From contig OZ287754.1 in NCBI GenBank assembly GCA_965649765.1, positions 27,466,001 through 27,530,000 of the forward strand: DNA of 64,000 bases, given 5' to 3'. The position numbers and the translations under genes were made by a program. Of the stretch, positions 51,481 to 62,844 are shown one piece after another. The DNA is from Bispira polyomma (Eukaryota). Numbering within the stretch: the first letter of the stretch is position 1; each line of letters opens with the position of its first letter. The notes below the pieces were generated by a model that worked only from the letters and a program-made list of their open reading frames with translations, was not told the DNA's origin and ran no database searches.

Positions 51481-54400
51481 ACACAGAACCAAATCTAAAG
51501 GCGAGGTATGGATACCGTTATTTGCTACTTTTTTCTTGCAATAAAAACAATTGAAGCCAACTTTTTATTGACTGTAAGTATACATGGTATTGTCTTTGGC
51601 TCTAAAACCTTGATTGATACCAGCCTGCTGCATTTGGGTTTCTAGTACCTTATTCAATATATTCATAGGCTGAATCTCTTGTTGATACCCTTGCATGACA
51701 GCTTAACTTGACCTTGTCTTTCAATCACGTACGGTTTGGAGCACAGGGCGACCATATTACTTCCCGTCATTTCTTTCTTAAAAAGCCTTACCGTACGGCC
51801 GTCAAAGAGGGCGTCTGCATGACAACACTGGCGCGGGAAATATGTTTCTCAGTCCGCTAAATGCTTTTGTCCGCATTTAAGTAAAATTTTATTTTCAAAT
51901 TCTTCTCTTAAATGGGATAAACCGCTTCTGCAAGAGTTTTGTGAGAAAGAGCAAAATACAAACTGTTGGTGTCCATTTGTACGCATTCAAATTTGTTTCT
52001 GGGTATGTACTTGCACAAATTGTCGTAGTAGAATGGAGCATTCTCAACTTAGCTCAGCTCAAAATGAAGAACCCGATTTGTATAGGGACATTCAGGTTTT
52101 TCTACCTTTTTGCACATTCAAACTCGTACATATCATCTCCTAACCAAGTAGCTTTGCGAAACTCAGGCTTGTTAATGGCTATTTTTGCTGAGGTATGACC
52201 GTTGAGCTAAGATATTTGTGAAAACTTTTCTTTGTTCATAATAGTACTACCATATCCGCTATTTGCAACATTCTTAAAAGTATCCCGCACAGTTTCAGAT
52301 CCGAAGATTAATCCGCCTTTCTTCTGGCGTTAGAACACTTCTCCACAAAGTCTGAAAAACAAGCCACCGGGGTAAATTCGATGATCTCATACAAGTTACT
52401 TACGACTAAACCGAGATTCAGATACCACTACAACAGAGGCGTAGTTAACATAATTTTATGGGCTTTCCTGCCTCCTACTAATAAATGTCTATCTTTGATA
52501 GACAAATCATGAAAGATAGTGTGTTGCAGCATATGTCTGCCAATGATGCCCATTGGTACGCCAGTTGTACAAAACAAAAGGGAACATTCTTTGAAATAAA
52601 TGAATGGTGGCAAATCACTGTCAAAGTCTCCACTCCACTCATTTCCAACAGCTCAATCTACTTCAGCGATTCCAAAAACTTCGCCCGAGCGAATAGCTTT
52701 TAACAAGGTATCTGTACGCAGTCCGCTTTTATGCTTTGAGTATAAGTTGGGTAGATAGCGATCGCTTATATTTTCAGTAGTACTTTTAAAGATACTTTTG
52801 AACTGACATTCCCAAATTTCATGCATGGTGTAACCCAAACTTTCTAAATGTTCTTTTCGTAAAATAGTTCTCCTGCATCTACCTTCTTGCTGTTTGCACC
52901 ATTAGGGAAACTTTTTTGCTTTTAACGGTGACCGTACAGGAAATACATGCGTGAACCGACAACCTTAACTATAAAGGTCCATGCCGCAAATCCCGTTGAC
53001 GTAAAAGCCCATAACGTAATGCTCTTTGCCCAAATTTAACTATTTTTTTTGAGTTTGATATTTTATTCATCCAGATATACATGTCCAAATATTTGGTTTG
53101 GATTTTAGGTTTGAAATTATAACGGGCTTTTCAGCAAACAACGGCTCTGCACGGTTGATCGGACGCGAGACAGAAACTATAAAGACTATTCGCATCAAAG
53201 CCAAAAATTCTCTGACAAAATTCTTCGCCATTTTTTAAAGTTCGTCCAACTGACATCTTTCTTGTTAAAACTATGGAAGACCCCCCTGTGATATTTTGTT
53301 TTATTTTTCTGTACAAATCTTCATTTCCTTATTGAATAAAGCAAATTTTGCCTCTTCGGAATGGGAAAGCATTTCCCTTGCAACGCCTGGAACAGATATT
53401 GTGTCCTTAAACAAATCAACGTTATTGTCTATATAGAATTGTTGAAGGTTAGTAACTGCTTCCGTAAAAGGGTCGATATCTTTGAGGTTGTAGTAAATGA
53501 GAAAATCTTTTATTGTCTGCATGCGCTGATCCTTCCATACTTTTAGTAAGTCTACATAGTTTTCAAGTCCGCTGAGGGGTTTGCCACTACAAACGCATGA
53601 TATCTTTCCACAATAGTTACATATTTCACTTTCAGATACGGATAAATCTAAATAAACCAAATGACAATATTTCTCAACTTTTTCTTCTTTACATTATATA
53701 TATGATTTTCCTAATCTTGAGTTTTCAGTTTAATATTATGATTTTCATGCCACAAATGGAGTTCCTGCTCTCAAACATTACATTTTTTTAAACTACTGTA
53801 AAAAGTTTCATAAGGCAGCAATTAAGTTTCTTCGAGGACGGAGGGCTCTCAAAAATATTCATAACAGAAGAAGCTTTTTGAGTCTTTTGCCTTGTAGCTT
53901 TTTAAAAATTGGACGTAAGAATACCCGGGAGCGATGTACTGACTAATGTCTTAAAAGTTGAGAGTTGATGTACTTATAGTCAAATAGCTATTGTTCTTTT
54001 TCACTGTAAATGACTTTGTTTCAGGGTCGGATAAACCTAAATGTTTACAAAGTTTAGATTTGATCAGATTTAAAATGTACTTGGAAGAATTAAAGCCCAG
54101 AACGGGTACATTGCTGCAGTAGAATTCCAAACGAGCTTTTAGGGTCTCAATTGTTTTCAATATAGTTTTTCTAAACCTTTCTCTGGGCATTAATAGGACT
54201 TTGCTATCTAAGTTTTCATTGTCCTCAGTCTCGTCAATTTCACTATCCGATTCACCTGAGTCCTTATCCAAACTAGAATTAAAGTCATGGTATTCCAGTC
54301 GCAATTCATTGCAGTTCTTTAAGTGCGTCATCATTTTGACAAAGCTATTGCCCATGTTAACCCTGTTTTTAAATTTTTTCAAAGGCGGTTCATAATCTAC

Positions 54401-54810
54401 GACTTCTAAAGGTCCAATTTGCAATACACTGTCGAAATCAGTCCTTTTATTACAAGATTTGGAAGATATAAAAGGGTTGTCAGACTTTTCCAATGGTATG
54501 ACATCTTTAAATTTTTGACTTACTTGGTCCAGCCTTTCGAATGCCCATGCAAATTTGTGTTTTTCAATTTTAGTAACTTTTTTTGAGATCTTATTCATGT
54601 AAGCAACCATTTAAGTAATGTGTCTAAATTGAAATCGACCAGGCAGACACCTTTTTCGAATTCGAGAACGATTGACCCTATTCCTATTGAAACTGGTAGA
54701 TGTTTGGTCTTCCAGACTAATTTTTGGGTATTTACAGGTTCCTTTCTTTCAAACATTGCCTCAAAATCGAATGTTATAAAGTAAGAAAAAACCTGATGAA
54801 ATATTAATGG
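51481..54810 (-). pseudogene. Polinton protein-primed DNA polymerase B (pPolB), fragmented
   Basis: ExoI FDFE, ExoII GFNSSKY, ExoIII YYNLKD, motif A FDANSLY, VSR-like insert (FYVNG..IWECQF), motif B KNVANSGYG, motif C QMDTNS, C-terminal GINQGFR..KKKVANNGIHTSPLDL. Confidence 0.9.
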
Positions 54811-55073
54811 ATTTTGAATTTGAATTTGGATATTTAACATCCACTCTAGTACCTTTTAGTAGGTTATATTGAGACGGGTAGTTTGAAACGCTGTAAGAAA
54901 CACTGCATACAGTCGGTCAAGGTTCTGCACTGAAACCAGCAGCCCACAGTAAGGAACTACCATTATTCCCACATAGGCATCGACGGGATTCGAACTCACG
55001 CTGCCCAAAGGTGAGAGATCAGTGATTGTGAAGCACAATGCTTGCTAACCATTAGGCCACCGCAGCCCCCCTC
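54811..55073 (-). mobile_element. Full-length tRNA-derived SINE (same family as 41795-42054), no TSD
   Basis: The reverse complement aligns end-to-end with the 41795 SINE. Confidence 0.92.
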
Positions 55074-55074
55074 T

Positions 55075-57271
55075 ATAAAGTACTCAATTATTTTGGTTTC
55101 TGTGAAAATTTCATTACCTGGATAAAACATTTAAACAGAGATATAAATGCATATGTAATACAATGGGGAGTTTTATCTAATCCAATACCGGTAGAAAGGG
55201 GCTGAAGACAAGAGACCCAATTGCTCCGTATCTTTTTTTGTTGGTAGCCGAAATATTAAGCTTTCTCATTCAGAAATCTTCAAACATTAAGGGCCTCCAA
55301 ATTGGAAAAGAGATTTATAGGCTCACACAATTTGCAGACGACACAACAATGATTTTAGATGGCAATGTAGATTCTTTGCAGGCAACTTTGAATGTTTTAG
55401 AAATTTTTGATAATCTGTTGGGCCTAAAAATAAATACTAAAAAAACTCAACTTGTCTGGATTGGTAGTAAAATTGGTTCAAAAGAAAAATTGAAAGTTAC
55501 ATCAAAATTACACTAGGGGAGTCCAAGTTTAATCTTTTAGTAGTAACATTTTCATGTGATTTGTCTGAAATACCATGTTTGAACTATAAAAAAGCATTGA
55601 CAAGAGCAAACACACACTCCAATCATGGAGATTCGGATACTTGACACCGACTGGAAAAATCACAATTATTAAGACACTAATATTATCAAAATTTATCCAC
55701 TTGTTCTCATCAATCCCAACACCAGTTGAGATTCTAAATGACATCAACAATCTTTTATTTAAATATATATGGGATGGGAAACCAGACAAGATAAACAGAA
55801 AACAACTGTGTAAAAACAATCTACAGGGGGGCTAAGCATGGTTAATATATATAATTTTGAAAAATCTTTGAAAGTAAGTTGGATAAAGCGTATGATTTCA
55901 GTAAGAAAAAAAAAACTGGTTCATCCTCCTTAAACATGTAGCTGGAGATCTAACAAAATTATTTACTCTAGGGGTGAGTGGTGTACTACTATAATATCAA
56001 GATTAAACCCATTTTGGAAAATAGTTCTTACTTATTTTAAAGAACTTTGCAAAATTTCAAAAGTTCACACTACTCAAGACATATATTGCAGCAGTATTTT
56101 GTTCAATAGCCATATTGGTACGGATAAACTTTTCTTTCCAGATTGGTTTAAGCATGGTATTTATGTTATTGGAGATATTGTAAACTTAAAGGGCTGTATC
56201 TTAACCTTAGAAGAGATCAAGTTTCGGTATAACTTCCCAATGAATATTGTTAACTACATTACGGTAAAACATTTTGTTTAGCCAGTTTTACTGCAAAGTG
56301 CGAAAAATATCGCCTGTCTTTTTCTAAGACCATATATTCCATTTGATATAAGAATTTGAGTAAACTCCCACACCGGAACTAAAAATATTTTTTTAAAGAT
56401 GCAAGAATTATGTAACAATTTACCAAACAATGAAACAAAATGGCATTTTAAATACTGAAAAAAATTCAAACATATTGAGAATAATATATAAAGTTTTTTA
56501 TATTATAAATGATAAAGGATTTATATGGTTCCAATACCGAATTTTACATAGAATTTTAGGGACAAAAGAATTGTTATTTAAAATAAAACTGTCTGATAGT
56601 GATCAATGTAGGCTGTGTAATCCGAATACTGAATTGATGGTACACTTATTTTTGAAGTGCATCAAATCAAACATGTTATGGAATAATGTAACATCCTGGA
56701 TTGAATCAAAACTCGGAATTCAAGTCAATTTGAAAACATCTCTCAAAATATTAGGTACTTTAGAACAAGATTAAAACTTTTGGCCACTAAATTTTATCTT
56801 AACAATTTCGAGGCATTATATTTTTACAAATGCCAAAAAAAAAAAAAACAACAGAGATCTTAACATATATCATTTACAAAAAATTGCTGAAACAAAATAT
56901 TTTGAACAGGAGATGTTGTCAAAAGTTAATAATACATATAAGGGATTTAAAAGAAAATGGTTGACATGGCATGCTATCTTTTCAGAATTATTATTGTAAA
57001 ACTTTTACAGAAATAAAATTAGAAGAATTGTTATACTTGTGTAAGAGTATTGCTTTTTGCCTATATATATAAATATATGTATGTGTGTTTGTAGATGTAC
57101 TTAGGCAATTTGATGTTTTGCTCTTTTCAAATGTAATAAAATGACTATAGAAAATTAGTAATTGGCAATTAATAACGTGATTCTGTTTTCTCACTACGGT
57201 TGAATTTGTGTCATATTTTTGACTTGTATATATGTAAACCAAAAAAGAACAATAAAAAAAGTAAGAAAAAA
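55075..57271 (+). mobile_element. L1/Tx1-like LINE, 3' half of ORF2 with A-rich tail
   Basis: DPIAPYLF, QFADDTT, GLKIN..KT, LT..GKITIIKTL, C-terminal CRLC...E...HLF..C knuckle, aataaaaaaa tail. Confidence 0.88.
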
Positions 57272-59479
57272 CCTTTCCTTTACAGGCACTCGAATGCCGT
57301 ATTTTTCAAGTTTTTTAAAGGTGTTTTAGTTGGCTTGATAAAACCCCCCAGGAAATCTTAACTTGGTCACTTTGGAACTATGCAAATAATGTGCAGATAG
57401 TTGGTAATGTTTCCTAAATAATCTGTTACATTTGCTGCACTGAAACCTCTTTGCGTGAAGATCTATATCCTTAATTTAGGACAGGTGGTTTTCTTGTAAA
57501 TCTAAATACAAACTGTCTTTAAATTTACTGACTGGTTTATAAATACTGGACACACATCGGTTTTCAAGCAACTTGAAAACTGAAATATTAACCTGAAAGC
57601 AGTTTAACCAGATCTGGTAAATCGTCCATACTGTTAACATCAATACGAAGGTCAGATTCTTTTATGAAGGCGTTAAATAATATTTTATAATTTTTTTTTA
57701 TATTTCTTCAAGGCGGTATAAAAATATTAAATATATACAATTTTAAAAAGCTGTTAAAGTAAGTTGGATTAAAACAAATTACTCCATCAAGCTCTTAGTG
57801 GTGAAAATTATTTAATTATTTATTTACAAACATTGACTAAATTATAACCTTTGCTAAAAGGTGGTGTGATACAATTTTTAAAAAAAAATCACAACCAGTT
57901 TTGACACAATGTTCTAGAATATTGTGTTTTTACTTGCATTTGTTATAACTCGCATATTTTTGATAGCCCTACATTTTTTTGGTACAAAAGTAGAATATAT
58001 ATAAAAGGGAATATCACTGATTTAAATAGAGAAATTTTCACTCTTGAATGGATCAATCGTAAATTAACAAAAAAGAAAGCAAAACGAAAATTTGGGGAAC
58101 CAAAAAAACCACTCTATTCAATTAAATTTCAAACCGATAGATTTAATAAAATGTGGGTACTGTGTGAAAACATGTTTACTGGCATAGACATTTAAAAAAA
58201 ATATTAGAAAAAATTTGAGGTTTGAACCAAGGCTTCGTTGTTTTTTTTTAAATAATAATTTCTGCATTTCTTTTGTTATTTGAAAAATTTCAATAAACCT
58301 GTATCTTTTATGAATGAGAATTTTGTATAAATCAATATACAGTGTATTGGAATGTAACTGGGTTAACCTATGCATGACACCAAAATGTAACTGAGATTGA
58401 TTCAGTGACAATTCAAATGTGTACAGATTGAAACTTTTTATATGCTTAGTTAAGTGGAAACGGTCTTTTTATGTATGAGTGCATGGTAAAAATAGACTTA
58501 TCAAGCTTAAAGTTTAAAAGATTAAACCATTCAAATGTTCTTGATCCTGGATATTGCTTAGGTTAACGTTGACATGAAGCAGACACTACAGAAGACACAT
58601 AATAATACTAACAATACATATGTACAAAAATAGGTCAGCATATGTATACATGCCAGCTTCTAACATAGCATGTGAATTATGTTAGTAACATAAATATAGG
58701 CTTAATATATAACATAAAAGTAACTTTAAAAAGTACAATATTTATTTACCTACGTTATTTGGTAACTATGGGTATAAAACATAATATTTCGTGTGTATTG
58801 CATAATTCAAAAGCTAGAATGTATATATTTCAAATATGCAAGCTTCAAGAGAACATTAGATACGAAACTAACAAAAGACTAAAATATAATGCACATACAT
58901 ATAGTAGAACCCCCAAGGGACCACACAAAAGCAATCGACCAACACGGTACATTTGGTCTAGTTGGGACCACAAATTCACTTCCAGTTAATGGGACACTTG
59001 CCTTAACAGTGTTTCATTTAAAGTGGTTCAACTGCAGACAACTTAAAGTGAAGGAACCTTAACAGGTAGGTACTTAAATCTAAACCTGTATAGCCTGAAA
59101 AAGAGTACTCATAAATATTCATTTACCAAGGTAATTCAATAACTATTGGCAACTATAAAGCTATAGATGTGAAGGGTTAAGGAATTGTACTATGTTGTAA
59201 GTATGTATTTGTAGACAACTTTAACTTGAAGGTTAACACATAAAAGCTGTATTTACTATACATTTCAAGGAACAAGGAACTGACATGTGTTTGCAAAATA
59301 TGGTTTTAAAGACACTGTTTTACTTAAAGGGCTATACTGGGTATATTGAAACAAATATGATTATACATAGAATTAAACAAAATTTAAGAACATACATAGG
59401 ATTAAATAGACTGATATAAAACATCAGCGAGAGCTATATTAATAGTCACCATCAAACAGTTTTAATGTTTTCGCCATTT

Positions 59480-61814
59480 CTTCCCTTTTATCATAGCCTG
59501 TATTGCTTTCTGTAAGTTCCGGTGCCATGTGCAATGACATTCCACGCATGGTTTGAAGAATGTCCTCTTCCTCCTTTGTCAACCTAAAGTCAAAGATTTT
59601 CAGCACATACTGGGTGGTCTGGTCATTATCTTTCTTCGTCTCGACCTACAGAAAATAGCAGAGACTGCTCTGTCACTCTGGCCTTGTGAGTAACTAACTC
59701 ACCTAGGAATGCAAATGACCTTAGTTTAATTAAACCCTAGATCCACTGTGTTCCCAAGTTGTTTAACCACTAAGTAATTGTGACAATGGGAAGTGATAAG
59801 TTACCAAGGGAAAAATGTCAAACTGAGGTCAGACCATATGTAGATAAAAACAATATCACTATTTACCTTGTATACATATAGGGCTCATACATATACTGGA
59901 ATCTAATAATTTTTAAGAGGAACATTCAATGCAAAATTTAAATATATAGTCTAATATAAATATAGTAAATAAAGCTTGCTGTTAGTGAAGGTTATTAATT
60001 CCAACAATTTGCCTGATCAATTAATTTGCCAAACAGTTTAAAAACTGAGCCCCAACACCCGTTTTAATTCCAGAAAACCCTTTATATGTTTAGTCCTACC
60101 TCCTAAACACAAGATCACATGTGAACTTAACAATGTGATCTACCTGATTAACTGCAGTCAATGTGGTCTCCAATATATTGGAGAAAGAAAAAGACCCATT
60201 TGACAAAGAATGTATGAACACCAACAAAGTGTCATCATTCAAGATACCTTATTTAGTGTCACCTTATTTCGATTTTTAATATAAATACAGGTTTCTGTCT
60301 GACTAAAAGTTCTTCTTAAGGGGTTAAACTGTATGTTTTGCTGTGAACAGAGAAACACACTCCTCTTCTCATAACTCAACATAATTTTTTTGGCTATGTT
60401 TTGTTTATGATGGTCCACGTCTGTGGAATGATTTACTTCATGATATCTGTTTTGCTCTCAGGCAAAGGCTCAAGTTTTATTTGTTTGACTTGGCCTATTC
60501 GCTGTAATCATGATAAATTTGTACCTTTTTCACACAATGACAGCATTACTTACCTCAGATTGAAATGCTCCCGTCTTATTACCATAGCGCTTTAATGTGT
60601 TAACGACATTTTCATAATCTTGGCCGTCACTTTGGTGGTCTCACCATAGTTGGTTTTCATTGTCTATTTGAACACCGTCCCAAAGACGCCCTCTCCTATC
60701 AGGTCTCCCTGCTTCAAGTTCTCTGGCGGAATGTCATTTTCCTGTATAAAGAAAAATATATTGTTGTATATAGTTTTCTAAATTTAGGTATCCAATCGCT
60801 CCTGCTTCTGCAACTGCTACCTCAATCCTAGTTTCTCGAATTTGAACTTAAATTTATTGGGGTTTTAAAGCAGACGCTCATAACCACTATGCCACCAGAT
60901 TACCAGATTAATACCTTTAATTTTCGTCCACTCAATTGGTGCTTAATTCACACTTTTGTATTTTCCCTCAAATATCATAGGTAAACGCCTATTTTCATGC
61001 TAAACCACTGCATACATATGTAGTATTATGTAGAAGGTAGAACTGTTATTAGAAACTGTCCAACTGTATTTTTGCATTAAAGTTTTTCGGTGACATATTT
61101 GCCCACATAAAAGTTGTATGCTAAATTAGTTAGCTATACAGCAAAGGTATTTAGAATCATATTATCATTAGGGAAATCACAATTAATCAGCTTAATTTAA
61201 ATGAATAATCGCCCAAAATATCAAAGTAGCAAACTATATCAAATAAGCACATTATTTCTTTAGAGGACAAGTAATCATTTATCGGTAAATTGTATGATAA
61301 ACAGCAAATTCAGCTTTTTGTGGCTTGGTTCACATTTTAACGTAAAATCTGAACTAAAAATAAAAACCGATTACTTGCTGTATTGTCACATATATATCAG
61401 AAATGACTTTTTAAATGAAAATTGAAAACTAATAAATGACACAAAGCATATATTTGGCGTTATCAAAACATATTTTTTGTCATCTAGCCTTATAGTCACT
61501 AACTTGTTAGTAATACTGCATTTTGAATATTTAAGGAATATTCAGACCAGATACAAAGAAATATTCTGCCATAGTTTTAGAAAATGTAGAGAATGTATTT
61601 ACATGTATATCGTGCAACAGAAAGTAGTCCAATGTGTTCTGTAGCCTGGAGACTTTTGTTAACAGAGAATTACACTTGTCTTTTGTCTTGCTGTTGATCT
61701 CCTCTTCGTATTCCAGACTCATGTCAGAAAGTAGTTCCTGATCGGCTCTCACAAACTCGGGGATTTTGTTGATCAGCGACATCATTCTCTTCACTAGTTC
61801 ATCCATCCGTTCCT
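59480..61814 (-). pseudogene. Multi-exon protein kinase pseudogene (TK/TKL-like) with an upstream helical region
   Basis: Exons 61603-61814 (helical, ag/gt), 60554-60741 (IGEGVFGTVF*, VTAK, RRE; two stops; ag/gtaagt) and from 59645 (LKIFDFRL, HMAPE). Exons 1 and 2 join in phase 0. Confidence 0.75.
60101..60230 (+). mobile_element. Penelope-like GIY-YIG endonuclease fragment
   Basis: ITCELNNVIYLINCSQCGLQYIGERKRPI*QRMYEH. Confidence 0.8.
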
Positions 61815-62010
61815 CTGGAATTATAACAAACAAAAATGTGTACTTAGATACAAAGCTCTTAAATAAAAACAACATAAACTGAAAACAGAAAGGAATAATC
61901 AGAAAAAATATCAAGATATTTATAATAATAGGATTTGGTGTATTGTATATGTCAGTGAATGTGTGAGTTCAAAACATAACATCTGCAATGAATACAAGAT
62001 CGCAAAATAG

Positions 62011-62472
62011 TCTGGAGTCCATGCTTTTTTCACCAAACACCCACCTCTGAGCAATCACCACCACGCAGTTTTCACAGTGGAGGGCAAGGAATTCACAAGC
62101 TCAGAGCAGTATATCATGTATAAAATGGCTTTACACTTTACAAAGACCAGGAGACGACTGAAAAAGTATGCTCCATCAGATCTAAGAAGGATTAAACAAC
62201 TGTCCAAAGCTGTACAGGTTTTCAGGTAGCCTGCATGGATTCAAGTAGCCTCGGACTACATGTTCGACGCAATGTATGCAAAGTTCAACCAGAATGAGCA
62301 TCTGAAAAAACTCCTTTTATCTACTGCAAGAAATACCTAGGTTGAAACAAATCCTTTCAATACGACATGGCCAGTTGGCTTATCGTTAAGCAACAGGGAT
62401 ATTTTTGATTCAACAAAATGGACAGGCAAAAACTTGGCTGGGAAGACACTTGAATGTATAAGACAGAAATAA
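62011..62472 (+). pseudogene. NADAR (YbiA-like) domain in the ORF1 C-terminal position of an L1/Tx1-like LINE
   Basis: AFFTKHPPLSNHH..FTVEGKEFTSSEQYIMYKMALHF..IKQLSK.V..W..MFDAMYAKFNQNEHLKKLLLST..VETNPFNTTWPVGL..WTGKNLAGKTLECIR, with two TAG stops. Confidence 0.88.
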
Positions 62473-62844
62473 CAGACTGAATAACTGACTGTTTTACATT
62501 TCTGGCTACAATACAGTTTATGTTTGTATTTATAAATCATAACAGAAGGTCTATTAATTTTCTAGATTAAATGCAAGTTAAAGCATATTTTTTGATGTTT
62601 AAGTGTAGTAAGTAAAATGGTTGAGTGCAAATACTGCAAACTACAAAGATAAATTAGACTATTTGGTTTCTCATATGAATGATAAATAAGCCTTTGATGT
62701 GCAAATCACTGTAGTTGGTACTGTTGTTGGATTATAGGAAGATGTAGGTATCTACTGATAAAACATGTTTTATACTACCACCAACTCAGTAAACCTAGAA
62801 GTATAAATGAAAGTATCCATTAAAGATTCTAGAATAGAAAACTA

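Larger units (their letters stand above)
45250..54810. mobile_element. Decayed Polinton/Maverick (boundaries approximate; TIRs not found)
   Basis: Packaging ATPase, integrase and major capsid relics on the plus strand converge with a pPolB on the minus strand. Confidence 0.9.
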
